From NCBI GenBank assembly GCA_963821705.1, contig CAWGEV010000008.1, positions 127,023 through 191,022 on the forward strand: a stretch of DNA of 64,000 nt, given 5' to 3'. Below, in pieces: positions 36,212 to 45,661 of this stretch. Position numbers and translations under genes: made by a program. Under the pieces are notes generated by a model, which saw only the letters and a list, made by a program, of their open reading frames with translations, was not told the DNA's origin and made no database searches. The DNA is from an uncultured Solirubrobacterales bacterium. Its GTDB lineage: Bacteria; Actinomycetota; Thermoleophilia; Solirubrobacterales; 70-9. Each line of letters starts with the position of its first letter. Position 1 is the stretch's first letter.

Positions 36212-37468
36212 ATGCAACAGCTTTCAGAGAACGAGTACCTGTTCACCTCCGAGTCCGTGACCGAGGGGCACCCGGACAAGATCTGCGACCAGATCTCCGA
36301 CGGCGTCCTCGACGCGATCATGGCCGAGGACCCAAACGGCCGAGTCGCCTGCGAGTGCCTGGTCAACACCGGCCTCGTGGTCGTCTCCGGCGAGATCACG
36401 ACCCAGACCTACGTCGAGATTCCGAAGATCGCCCGGGAGACCATTCGGCGGATCGGCTACGACGACCCGCGCTACGGCTTCGATCACGAGGCCTGCGCCG
36501 TCCTCACGGCGATCGACGAGCAGTCTCCGGACATCGCCCAGGGCGTCAACAAGGGCCTCGAGCAGCGCGAGGGCGAGTCCTCCGACGAGCTCGACTCCGC
36601 GGGGGCAGGCGACCAGGGGATGATGTTCGGATACGCAACGCGCGAGACGAAGGCGCTGATGCCGATGCCGATCCAGCTGGCCCATCAGCTCGCCCGCCGG
36701 CTCGCCGAGGTCCGCAAGGCCGAGGTCGTGCCCTATCTCGGGCCGGACGGCAAGACCCAGGTCTCGATCCGGTACGAGAACGATCGCCCGGTCGAGATCG
36801 CCAAGGTGCTGATCTCGACGCAGCATCGTGAGGACGCCGCCGAGGAGATGATCCGCAAGGACCTCTGGGAGCACGTGCTCGAGCCGGTCCTCCACACCGA
36901 GTACAAGGAGCTCTACACCGAGAAGGAGCTGCTCGAGAACTTCCTGGTCAACCCGACCGGCAAGTTCGTGATCGGCGGCCCCGTCGGCGACGCCGGCCTG
37001 ACCGGCCGGAAGATCATCGTCGACACCTACGGCGGCGCAGCCCGGCACGGCGGCGGCGCCTTCTCCGGCAAGGACCCGTCCAAGGTCGATCGCTCGGCCG
37101 CGTACGCCGCGCGCTACGTCGCGAAGAACGTCGTGGCGGCGGGCCTGGCGGACCGCTGCGAGGTCCAGGTCGCCTACGCGATCGGGGTCGCGCACCCGGT
37201 TTCGGTGATGGCGCAGACCTTCGGGACCGGCAAGCTCGCGGACTCGGAGATCGGCCGGCTGATCGAGGAGACCTTCGACCTGCGCCCGGCCGCCTTCCGG
37301 CGCTATCTGGACCTGCACCGGCCGATCTTCCAGAAGACCGCCGCCTACGGCCATTTCGGCCGCGAGGACGCTGACTTCACCTGGGAGCGGACGGACCGCG
37401 CGGACCAGCTGCGCGAGGCCGCTGGTCTGGCGACCGCAAGCTCGCCCACTTCGGGGGCGGCCGCGTAG
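36212..37468 (+). CDS. metK: S-adenosylmethionine synthase
   Basis: [48 protein letters not shown]. Confidence 0.97.
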   Translation: MQQLSENEYLFTSESVTEGHPDKICDQISDGVLDAIMAEDPNGRVACECLVNTGLVVVSGEITTQTYVEIPKIARETIRRIGYDDPRYGFDHEACAVLTAIDEQSPDIAQGVNKGLEQREGESSDELDSAGAGDQGMMFGYATRETKALMPMPIQLAHQLARRLAEVRKAEVVPYLGPDGKTQVSIRYENDRPVEIAKVLISTQHREDAAEEMIRKDLWEHVLEPVLHTEYKELYTEKELLENFLVNPTGKFVIGGPVGDAGLTGRKIIVDTYGGAARHGGGAFSGKDPSKVDRSAAYAARYVAKNVVAAGLADRCEVQVAYAIGVAHPVSVMAQTFGTGKLADSEIGRLIEETFDLRPAAFRRYLDLHRPIFQKTAAYGHFGREDADFTWERTDRADQLREAAGLATASSPTSGAAA

Positions 37469-37549
37469 GCGGCTGCGGCTGACCGAGCGCGAGTGCAAGC
37501 GGTCGCGACTGATGGCGAAGCCGTCGGCCGGTCGGCATAGCCTGCCCTC

Positions 37550-39739
37550 GTGCCCATCGCGAAGGTAGAGCCGCTGCTCACCACCCGGAGCGTCTCCGGG
37601 CCCTTCGACTACCGCCTGCCCGAGGCGATGGACGACGTCGGCGTCGGCTCAGTCCTCGTGGTGCCTTTCGGCCGTCGCCGCGTGGTCGGGGTCGTGGTGG
37701 GCCTGGCTGAGCGGAGCGACCTGCCCGACGCGAGGCTGGCGGAGCCGCTCGAGGCGCTCGAGGCGGGTGTGCCGGCCGAGCTCGTCGAGCTGGGGCGATG
37801 GGTCGGCGAGGAGTACTGCTCGACCCCGGCCCGTGGCCTGGGACTGGTGCTCCCGCCCGGAGTCGGCACCGGGGCCGAGGCCCGGCGGGTGCGGCCGCTG
37901 GTCGAGCTCGAGGTCGAGGCCACCCCGCAGGGGATCGATGCGGTCTCCGGAGGCGAGAGGCTCGGCCTGCGGCAGAAGGCCGTCCTTCGCGCGCTGCTCG
38001 GCGGGCCGCGCCTCGCTCGCCGCCTGGCGGCGACCGCCGGCTCCGACCGCGCGACGCTGAGGCGTCTCGAGGCGAGAGGCCTGGTCACGACGCGCGAGGT
38101 CGAGCGCAGGCGCCGACATGACTCGCCCGGCGTCGGCGCGGTGCGCGAGGGCGTGGAGCTCACCCGGGACCAGAGGTCCGTCCTCGACAGCGTCGTCGCG
38201 GCGCTGCCCGGCGGCGAGGCCACCGGAGAGGAGCGCTCGTATCTGCTGCACGGCGTGACCGGCTCGGGCAAGACCGAGGTCTACCTCGAGGCGGCCCGCG
38301 AGGCGCTGTCGCGGGGGAGAGGCGCGATCGTGCTGGTGCCCGAGATCGCCCTGACGCCGCAGACCATGGACCGCTTCCGCCGGCGGTTCGGCGACTCGGT
38401 CGCGCTCCTTCACTCGAAGATGCCGGCGGGCGCCCGCTACGACGAGTGGCGCCGGCTGCGCTCGGGCGAGGCGCGGATCTGCGTGGGGCCGCGCTCCGCG
38501 GTGTTCGCACCCGTCGCCGACCCCGGCCTGATCGTGATCGACGAGGAGCACGACTCCTCCTACAAGCAGGAGAGCGACCCCCGCTACGACGCGAGGGAGG
38601 TTGCCCGGCGGCGGGCCCTCGAGTCCGGCGCGGTCCTGCTCTGCGGGACCGCGACGCCCCGTCCCGAGAGCTGGTACGGGCTCGAGCGGCTGGAGCTGCC
38701 GAGCCGCGTCGACGGACGGCGGCTGCCGCCGGTCGAGATCGTCGACATGCGCGGGGGGGTACCGGGCCCGCTCCACCCGCGGACCCGAGAGGCGTTCGCC
38801 GAGGTTGCGGAGGCCGGCGGCAAGGCGATCCTCCTGATCAACCGGAGAGGCTGGTCGACCCATCTCACCTGCCGCTCCTGCGGCCACGCCTGGGAGTGCC
38901 CGCAGTGCGACGTCTCGCTGATCCTCCACCGGGACGGCGCTCTGAGATGCCATCACTGCGGCCATGCCGAGCCCAAGCCCGAGTCCTGTCCGAAGTGCTC
39001 CTCGGTGACGATCGCGCGGGTCGGCTCGGGCACCCAGCGGGTCGAGGCCGAGCTCAAGGAGCTGCTGGCGCCGCTCGAGATCTTCCGGCTCGACTCCGAC
39101 AGCGCGGCGGGGCACGGACACGCCGAGGTGCTGACCAGCTTCGAGGCGGCCGAGTCGGGAGTGCTGGTCGGGACCCAGATGGTCGCCAAGGGGCACGACT
39201 TCCCGGACGTCACCCTGAGCGTGGTCCTCGACGCGGACGGGGCCCTTCGGCTGCCCGACTTCCGCTCGGAGGAGCGCACGTTCGCGTTGATCACCCAGCT
39301 CGCCGGCCGCAGCGGACGGGGTGAGGCCGGCGGTCGCGTGCTCGTCCAGGCGCTCGCGACCGGCGCGCCGAGCATCCGCCATGCGGCGAGGCACGACGCG
39401 GCCACCTTCCTCTCGGAGGAGCTGGAGCGGCGCCGAGCGCTCCGCTACCCGCCGTTCTCGCACCTGATCGAGGTGGCTATCGCGGGCGAGTCGGAGAAGA
39501 GGGTGGAGGCCTCCGCCGCCACCGTCCACGAGCTCGTCGCGGACCGCCTCGGCGACAGCGACGACTTGCTCGGCCCAGCGCCCCTGTTCAGGCTGCGTGG
39601 ACGGCACCGCAGAAGGCTGCTGATCAAGTCCGAGCAACGCCACGACACGGTTGCGGCGGTCCGGGACGCCGTGTCCTCGGCCGTCCGCGACCGGGCCCTG
39701 CGCCAGGTCTCCATCTCGGTGGACGTGGATCCGCAGTAG
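37550..39739 (+). CDS. priA: Primosomal protein N' (replication restart helicase PriA)
   Basis: Walker A GVTGSGKTEVY, DEEHD box, Cys-rich zinc region CRSCGHAWECPQCDVSL...CHHCGH...CPKCSS. Confidence 0.93.
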   Translation: MPIAKVEPLLTTRSVSGPFDYRLPEAMDDVGVGSVLVVPFGRRRVVGVVVGLAERSDLPDARLAEPLEALEAGVPAELVELGRWVGEEYCSTPARGLGLVLPPGVGTGAEARRVRPLVELEVEATPQGIDAVSGGERLGLRQKAVLRALLGGPRLARRLAATAGSDRATLRRLEARGLVTTREVERRRRHDSPGVGAVREGVELTRDQRSVLDSVVAALPGGEATGEERSYLLHGVTGSGKTEVYLEAAREALSRGRGAIVLVPEIALTPQTMDRFRRRFGDSVALLHSKMPAGARYDEWRRLRSGEARICVGPRSAVFAPVADPGLIVIDEEHDSSYKQESDPRYDAREVARRRALESGAVLLCGTATPRPESWYGLERLELPSRVDGRRLPPVEIVDMRGGVPGPLHPRTREAFAEVAEAGGKAILLINRRGWSTHLTCRSCGHAWECPQCDVSLILHRDGALRCHHCGHAEPKPESCPKCSSVTIARVGSGTQRVEAELKELLAPLEIFRLDSDSAAGHGHAEVLTSFEAAESGVLVGTQMVAKGHDFPDVTLSVVLDADGALRLPDFRSEERTFALITQLAGRSGRGEAGGRVLVQALATGAPSIRHAARHDAATFLSEELERRRALRYPPFSHLIEVAIAGESEKRVEASAATVHELVADRLGDSDDLLGPAPLFRLRGRHRRRLLIKSEQRHDTVAAVRDAVSSAVRDRALRQVSISVDVDPQ

Positions 39740-40394
39740 GCCCCGTCATTCGCCCAGCAGCCGGCGGAGGTCGGAGACAACGTCCCTCGAGCACGCTCAT
39801 GGTCCGAGCGAGTTGAGGGACGTATCTCCGAAGAGCGGCGCGCGCAGCCCTCGACCCGCGTCGGCCTGTGGCCAGGCAGCCTTCGAACTCGCCGACGTCG
39901 AGGACGCCGCGATAGTCGGCTTCCGCAAGCGCCCGGCGCAGCCGGCGCGGCCCCAATGTGGTCGCGACGTCGACGAGCGTCCTTGCGACCGAAGTGACCG
40001 GCAGACCTCGGCACTGAAGGACGTCGAAGTGGCGGGAGTGGTGGACCCTCACATCCGGCACGGAACGGCGACGGCCTGGCACGGTCAGGTGGATTCGCGT
40101 GGGCTCGGCGCCGGTCACCGACCAGAGCCAGGCGGCTGTGGTGTGACTGAACGCGGCGCCGTCACCGGCGTAAAGGAGTGCCGCATGGAGGCGACCCCGC
40201 AACGAAAGGGCAGTGTGGCCCAGGGCGTAGACGCTGGGATGCACGCGGTGCAGCCGGCCAGCGGTGAGCCATCTTGCGATCGCGGTGTCGCTCAGCCCGC
40301 GATCCCGGAGCTGCCGGCGACTGATAACCCCATGCTGGCTCTCCGCGACGCCCCGGACGGCGTCTGCGTCAAGTCGTGTCCGACTGTCGGACAT
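39740..40394 (-). pseudogene. Remnant of an AbiEi_4/DUF559-type gene (N-terminal wHTH kept, endonuclease-like C-domain missing)
   Basis: HGVISRRQLRDRGLSDTAIARWLTAGRLHRVHPSVYALGH and RVHHSR...LPVTSVARTLVD match the N-terminal module of DUF559-type proteins. The start of the DUF559 part (ARTMSVLEGRCLRPPPAAG) abuts the priA stop. After that, the frame only reads antisense priA until 39624. Confidence 0.55.
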
Positions 40395-40530
40395 GGATTG
40401 ACGCAGAAGCGGCATGACGACGATCGTCGCCGTTGACGTTTGGCGAAACCGTGGCCAACGTGCCCATTCATTGCCGGTTTTCGGGTTGGCCGCCCAATTC
40501 GTCCCCGATGCCGCGACTAGACTCGGATAC

Positions 40531-41205
40531 GTGAGCGAGGAAGCCACACCAACCCCGGTCGAGGAGCTCGACGACCGGCCAATCGAGGCGAATGAGCCCG
40601 AGGACGTCGATGCCGAGGCGCTCGAGCGCCGCTCCGAGGCGCTCTCCCACGTCGTCAAGTTCGGCGACCCCGTGCTGCGGTCCGCCGCCTCGCCGGTGAC
40701 GGAGTTCGACGACGAGCTGGCCGCCGAGGCCGACCGGATGATCGGGCTGATGCGCGACGCGATCGGCGTCGGCCTGGCCGCCACGCAGCTCGGCGCTCTG
40801 CGCCGGATGCTGGTCTTGCAGGTCGGCTCGGAGGCCGAGCCGACCGTCCTGGTCAACCCGGAGATCGAATGGCGCTCCGAGGACGACCTCGCGACGGCCG
40901 AGGAGGGCTGCCTCAGCCTGCCCGGCGTGATCGTCGACGTCGAGCGGCCGCTCCACGTCCGCGCTCGCGGCGCCGGCGTCCACGGCGAGCCCATCTCGAT
41001 CGAGGCCTCGGGACTCGAAGCGCGGGTGATTCAGCACGAGGTGGATCACCTGGACGGTGTCCTCATGATCGACCGAGCCGAACGCGAGCAGCGCCGCGAG
41101 GCCCTGCGCGCGCTGCGGGAGGGCGGCACGTACGCACCCGGCGGTGCCGAGGACGACGAGGAATCTGCCGGGAACGGAGCCGGGTCGACCTCGACCGAGG
41201 ATTGA
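40531..41205 (+). CDS. def: Peptide deformylase with an acidic N-terminal extension
   Basis: GDPVLR, EGCLSLPG and QHEVDHLDG motifs. GTG at 40531 is the first plausible start. About 40 acidic residues precede the conserved core. Confidence 0.88.
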   Translation: MSEEATPTPVEELDDRPIEANEPEDVDAEALERRSEALSHVVKFGDPVLRSAASPVTEFDDELAAEADRMIGLMRDAIGVGLAATQLGALRRMLVLQVGSEAEPTVLVNPEIEWRSEDDLATAEEGCLSLPGVIVDVERPLHVRARGAGVHGEPISIEASGLEARVIQHEVDHLDGVLMIDRAEREQRREALRALREGGTYAPGGAEDDEESAGNGAGSTSTED

Positions 41206-42113
41206 GGACCGCCTACCTCGGCACATCCGGGTTCGCGGCGACGGTGCTTCGGCGCCTCGCCGACAGTCCGCATCGCCCGGCCCTCGTCGTCACGCCGCCG
41301 GACAGCAGGAAGGGACGAGGACGGAAGCTGGCCCCGCCCCCGGCCGCCGATGCGGCCCGCGAACTGGGCCTCGCACTCCATCAGACGCCCGACGTCAACT
41401 CCCCCGAGTCCCTGGAGGCGATCCGCGCGGCGAAGCCCGAGGCCGTGGCCGTCTGCGCATTCGGGCAGCTGATCAGGGAGGCGCTGCTCAGCGAGTTCGT
41501 GGTGCTGAACGTCCACCCGTCGCTCGTGCCGCGCTGGCGCGGCGCCGCTCCGATCGAGCGGGCGCTGATGGAGGGCGATTCGACGACCGGCGTCACAATC
41601 ATGCGGGTGACGGAGGAACTCGACTCCGGGCCGATCGCGCTCGCCGTGGAGGTCGAGATCTCCGGCGAGGACGACTACGCGTCGCTCTCGGCGAGGCTCG
41701 CCGAGGCCGGCGGCGAGCTCCTGGTGCGCGCCCTGGACGCTCTGGAGGCCGGAGAGTTGTCGTTCGCCGAGCAGGACGACTCGTCGGCCACCTACGCGGA
41801 GAAGTTGACGCCCGAGGAACGGCACCTGCGGCCCTCTCGGAGCGCCGCCGAGCTGGAGCGGACGGTCAGGGCGCTCAGGCCGCACATCGGCACCTTCCTG
41901 GAGCTGGACGAGGCCGGGAGGCTCGGAGTGCTCGAGGCGAGCGCCCTGCCGGACGGTCCACCCGAGGGAGCGATCGAGGCTCGCGACGGGGCTCTGCTCC
42001 TGGGCTCGGCGGACGGCGGACTGCGGCTCGACGTGGTCCAGCCGCCCGGAAAGAAGCCGATGAACGCGGCCGATTTCCTGCGTGGGCACGACCCGCCTGG
42101 TCGGGCGCGATAG
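41202..42113 (+). CDS. fmt: Methionyl-tRNA formyltransferase
   Basis: LGTSGFAA N-terminus, NVHPSLVPRWRGAAPIERAL. The TTG at 41202 overlaps the def stop (TTGA). Confidence 0.9.
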   Translation: MRTAYLGTSGFAATVLRRLADSPHRPALVVTPPDSRKGRGRKLAPPPAADAARELGLALHQTPDVNSPESLEAIRAAKPEAVAVCAFGQLIREALLSEFVVLNVHPSLVPRWRGAAPIERALMEGDSTTGVTIMRVTEELDSGPIALAVEVEISGEDDYASLSARLAEAGGELLVRALDALEAGELSFAEQDDSSATYAEKLTPEERHLRPSRSAAELERTVRALRPHIGTFLELDEAGRLGVLEASALPDGPPEGAIEARDGALLLGSADGGLRLDVVQPPGKKPMNAADFLRGHDPPGRAR

Positions 42114-42132
42114 CGCTCGATACCCTCGTCAC

Positions 42133-42408
42133 ATGGCCGAACGGATCGATGGCGGCTTGGGCGAGGAGACGGGAGCCCCGGAGACCGCCGAGGGCGCGCT
42201 TCAGCGCCCGAACTGCCCGGGGTGCGGCGAGCCCTGGCTTCGCCCGGCGCAGCTGCCGGGCCGGTTCGTCTGCGTCTACTGTCTGCGCCGCTTCGAGCTG
42301 GTCTCGCAGTGCCCCAACTGCGGCGAGCACCAGACGATCAGTCGCATGAGCCGCACCGAGGACATGAAGTGCCAGCACTGCGGTCACTCGATGCTCCGCT
42401 CGATCTGA
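42133..42408 (+). CDS. Small double zinc-ribbon protein (four CxxC pairs)
   Basis: 91 aa containing CPGC...CVYC...CPNC...CQHC. ATG at 42133. It occupies the slot between fmt and rpe. Confidence 0.6.
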   Translation: MAERIDGGLGEETGAPETAEGALQRPNCPGCGEPWLRPAQLPGRFVCVYCLRRFELVSQCPNCGEHQTISRMSRTEDMKCQHCGHSMLRSI

Positions 42409-42437
42409 CCTTGGAAGCCGCCACGGATACTGCGCCA

Positions 42438-43118
42438 GTGAGCCGCCGCGACCTGTTCTCCGGCAAGCGCGTAGCGCCTTCGATCCTCTCCGCCGACTTT
42501 TCGCGCCTCGGCGCCCAGGTCGAGGAGGTGATGGCCGCGGGGGCGCGGGTCATCCACGTGGACGTGATGGACGGCCATTTCGTCCCGCCCATCACGATCG
42601 GCCCCGTGGTGGCCGGCTCCATCGCCGACCAGGTCCACGACGCGGGCGGCGCGATCGACGTCCACCTGATGATCGAGCGCCCGGAGGACCACATCGAGGA
42701 GTTCGCGAAGGCCGGGGCGGACAACATCACCTTCCACGCCGAGGCCACCCCCCACATCAACCGGACTCTGAACGCCATCCGGGACCTCGGCTGCCTGGCC
42801 GGGCTCGCGATCAATCCGGGCACGCCGGTCTCGGCGGTGAGCGAGTCTGTGGACGACGCGGACCTCTTCCTCTGCATGACCGTCAACCCGGGATGGGGCG
42901 GGCAGCCCTTCATCACCGACTCGCCCGACAAGGTGAAGCGCCTGGGCGAGGTCGTCGGATCGGGGACGATCGAGGTCGACGGCGGCATCGACCTCGACAC
43001 GGCCGGCGGGGTCGCCGCGGTCGGGGCGAGCCTGTTCGTCGCCGGGTCGGCGGTCTTCGGGGCCGACGATCCCGCCGCCGCGTACGCAGCGATCGCCGAA
43101 GCCGCCGGCGCCGCCTAG
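42438..43118 (+). CDS. rpe: Ribulose-phosphate 3-epimerase
   Basis: APSILSADFSRLG, HVDVMDGHFVP and MTVNPGWGGQ motifs. GTG at 42438. Confidence 0.92.
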   Translation: MSRRDLFSGKRVAPSILSADFSRLGAQVEEVMAAGARVIHVDVMDGHFVPPITIGPVVAGSIADQVHDAGGAIDVHLMIERPEDHIEEFAKAGADNITFHAEATPHINRTLNAIRDLGCLAGLAINPGTPVSAVSESVDDADLFLCMTVNPGWGGQPFITDSPDKVKRLGEVVGSGTIEVDGGIDLDTAGGVAAVGASLFVAGSAVFGADDPAAAYAAIAEAAGAA

Positions 43119-43130
43119 GGCTTCCGATCA

Positions 43131-44225
43131 ATGGAGGGAGGCCCGCCGGGCGACAGGCGCGAGCGCCTCAGCCGCTTCCGGAGCTTCGACGGACCGGGGG
43201 ACAGGGGCGAGTTCGAGCCGTTCCTGAGGCGCCTCGCCCTGCTGCTCGGGCTGATCGCCGCGATCCAGATCGCCGGGACCGTCGCGTACTCGCTCACCGA
43301 GAGCGTCTCGCTCTGGAAGGGATTCCTGTTCACCCTGGACACGGTGGCGACGGTCGGGTCCGACCCGACTCCGCCGGACCTTCCGGGCCAGATCGTCAAG
43401 GTCCTTCTCATCGTCCTGGGCGTGGGTACGCTCTTCTACGCCCTGGTGACGGTGACCGAGTTCTTCGTCGCCGGACACCTGGGGGAGATCCTGGAGGAGC
43501 GACGGACCCTGAAACAGATCGAGCATCTGAGCGGCCATCACCTGATCTGCGGCTTCGGGCGAGTCGGCCGACAGGTCGCACGCGACCTGCAGGCGGGGGG
43601 CGATGACTTCGTGATCATCGACGAGCTCGACGAGAACAAGCACATCGCCGACCAGATGGGCGCGCCCTTCCTGCTCGGCAGGCCATCCGAGGACGAGATG
43701 CTGAAGGCGGGCGGCGTGGAGCGGGCGATCTCGGTGCTTGCCTGCGTCGACTCCGACGCCGAGAACATCTTCACCTGCCTCACCGCGCGGGAGCTGCGCT
43801 CCGACATCACGATCGTCGCGCGCGCCAGCGTCGAGGACTCGGAGAAGAAGCTGCTCCGGGCCGGCGCGAACAGGGTGATCTCCCCGTACAAGTCAAGCGG
43901 CGCCGAGATGGCCCGGTTGGCGCTTCAGCCCCAGGTGACCGGCGTCGTCGACGTCGCGCCCGAGTACCGGATGGAGGAGATCGACGTGGCACAGGGGTGC
44001 GAGGCGGCCGGCCGCACCATCGGTGAGGTCCGCGGGACGACCACGATCGCGGCCCTTCGGGGAAACGACGGACAGGTCCATCCGCAGCCGCCATCCGACA
44101 CGGTCCTGCAGCCGGGCGACGTCCTCGTGGCCATGGGCACCGTCGACGCCCTCAAGAAGCTCGAGAAGATGTTCGTCCCGAGGCCCGACGCGGCTGACCC
44201 GAGCGCCCTCGGCGATCCCAGCTAG
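43131..44225 (+). CDS. 2-TM pore cation channel with RCK (TrkA-N/TrkA-C) gating domains and a non-canonical selectivity filter
   Basis: TM1, pore helix, TVATVGSDPTPPD, TM2, then Rossmann-type ICGFGRVGRQVA (TrkA-N) and a TrkA-C-like tail. Confidence 0.8.
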   Translation: MEGGPPGDRRERLSRFRSFDGPGDRGEFEPFLRRLALLLGLIAAIQIAGTVAYSLTESVSLWKGFLFTLDTVATVGSDPTPPDLPGQIVKVLLIVLGVGTLFYALVTVTEFFVAGHLGEILEERRTLKQIEHLSGHHLICGFGRVGRQVARDLQAGGDDFVIIDELDENKHIADQMGAPFLLGRPSEDEMLKAGGVERAISVLACVDSDAENIFTCLTARELRSDITIVARASVEDSEKKLLRAGANRVISPYKSSGAEMARLALQPQVTGVVDVAPEYRMEEIDVAQGCEAAGRTIGEVRGTTTIAALRGNDGQVHPQPPSDTVLQPGDVLVAMGTVDALKKLEKMFVPRPDAADPSALGDPS

Positions 44226-45613
44226 CCGGCCTCGTCCGCCGAGGCGAGCTGCAGCTCCATCTCCTCGGTCGACCCGGGCTCGATCGGTTGCTCCTTTCGC
44301 TCCAGCGGCTGCCGGTAGAGCCAATAGAGCAGCGAGCAGAGCAGGGTCGCCGCGCCGAGGTAGCCGATCACGACGCGAGTGACGTCGTTCGGGACGATCG
44401 GGACGGCGGTCCAGATGACGAAGGCGATCGCGCAGCTGATCCAGCAATACGAGGCGCGACGAACCTGCCCGCGGGCGAGGGCCGCCTGGTTGAGGGTGGC
44501 GGCGGACAGGTAGAGCCCCATCCCGATCGCCACCACGACCAGGTCCGCCCGGTTGTAGTCGTGGTTCTTGCCGAACGCGATCTGCATGAGGTGCGGCCCG
44601 GCGATCGCCATCGCGATCGCGACCAGGCCCGCGAAGCCCGCAATCGCCAACAGCGTCACCCGGATCGACGCGCGGAAGTCCGCCTCCTTGCCCTCCGACC
44701 CCAGCGTGGTGAGGTGGGGGAGGAGGCTGGTCTGGACCGCCTGGAAGAGCTGCAGCGGGGCACGCGCGATCATCAGGATGTTGAAGACGTAGCCCGCGGC
44801 CGCGGCGCCCGCGGTGGCGTTGACCAGCAGCGGTCCGGCGTTCAGGAAGGTCTGTTCGGAGAGCATGATCAGGAAGACGCCCGCCGCGAACCGGCCGCCG
44901 CGGGCGAGGGTGAACTCGTCGGTTGGGCCCCCGGCGTCGCCGGCTCCCTCGGCTGTGGCGTTCGGTTCGGCGGTGCCACCGAAGCGGCGGAAGAAGGCAA
45001 ACGGGACGACGATCAACGAGAGCGTCGGCGCGGCGACGATTCCCAGGGCCACCACGGTCTGTCCCGAGGCGATGCCGAGCGCGACGGCAAAGGGGAAGGC
45101 GGTGCGCGCCACCGACTCGCTGATGATCTGAAGCGCGTAGATCGTCAAGCGGTGGCTGCCGGCGAGGAAGCCGCGCGCGAAGTAACTGGCGCCGTAGGCG
45201 GTGACCGCCGCGACGCCGATCCAGTAGAGGGTCGAGTTGCCGTGCAGGAGGTTGTCCTGGATCGGCGTCCGCAGGGCGATGGCGACGACGTCGAAGGCCA
45301 CCGCCACGGAAAGCTGGATCGTCGCCGCCACCCGGACCGTGTGCCTGATCGGTGTGCCGTTGGCCAGGTTCTCGGAGATCGTGCGGGAGAGCAGCTGCTC
45401 GACCGGCCGCTGGAGCACCGAGACGACGATGAACACCGCCGACCAGAGAACCGCGATCTCCCCGTACTGCTCCTTCGAGAGCTCGTGCGAGGCGATCGCG
45501 AAGTACAGGTAGGTGATCAGCCCGGTGATCCCGACCCCGATGGAGAGCAAGCTCGCCCGCCGCCCGTAGCTCCTTGCCTCGCTCGAACCCGCGCTTTGCC
45601 TTCCGTTTGGCAT
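44222..45613 (-). CDS. Polysaccharide/oligosaccharide flippase family protein (MOP superfamily, Wzx/MurJ-like)
   Basis: 463 aa, ~12-14 TM helices, typical N-terminus (LLSIGVGITGLITYLYFAIASHEL). Its stop overlaps the channel gene stop (CTAG). Confidence 0.7.
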   Translation of the reverse strand: MPNGRQSAGSSEARSYGRRASLLSIGVGITGLITYLYFAIASHELSKEQYGEIAVLWSAVFIVVSVLQRPVEQLLSRTISENLANGTPIRHTVRVAATIQLSVAVAFDVVAIALRTPIQDNLLHGNSTLYWIGVAAVTAYGASYFARGFLAGSHRLTIYALQIISESVARTAFPFAVALGIASGQTVVALGIVAAPTLSLIVVPFAFFRRFGGTAEPNATAEGAGDAGGPTDEFTLARGGRFAAGVFLIMLSEQTFLNAGPLLVNATAGAAAAGYVFNILMIARAPLQLFQAVQTSLLPHLTTLGSEGKEADFRASIRVTLLAIAGFAGLVAIAMAIAGPHLMQIAFGKNHDYNRADLVVVAIGMGLYLSAATLNQAALARGQVRRASYCWISCAIAFVIWTAVPIVPNDVTRVVIGYLGAATLLCSLLYWLYRQPLERKEQPIEPGSTEEMELQLASADEAG

Positions 45614-45647
45614 GGACGCGCAAGACTACTGACGTACAATTACTGGC

Positions 45648-45661
45648 TGACTGACCAGTCA
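45648..45661. promoter_or_regulatory. Perfect 6-2-6 palindrome TGACTGACCAGTCA in the divergent flippase/ribD promoter region (possible operator)
   Basis: TGACTG-ac-CAGTCA. It nests with ACTGG-N8-CCAGT (45642-45659). It sits in a locally AT-rich patch about 40 nt upstream of the ribD ATG. Confidence 0.3.

Noticed and set aside
37509-37525. Exact 17-nt repeat CTGATGGCGAAGCCGTC at 37509-37525 (upstream of priA) and 60047-60063 (upstream of the Cys-rich gene). Both would start a peptide MAKPS.
   Set aside because: The match does not extend by a single base on either side. My rough hand estimate for a GC-biased 64-kb window gives an expectation of about one such 17-mer coincidence. The 37513 ORF is only 18 codons, and the 60050 start is inferior to the SD-preceded ATG at 60101. 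This is probably chance.
39651-40436. 261-aa plus-strand ORF in the priA-def gap.
   Set aside because: It is antisense to the recognisable DUF559/AbiEi-like remnant, has no motifs, and has poorer third-position GC than the minus-strand frame.
44222-44225. Convergent genes sharing the tetranucleotide CTAG as overlapping stop codons (also at 62155-62158).
   Set aside because: This is a trivial consequence of TAG stops on both strands. It has no further structure and is not a regulatory feature in itself.
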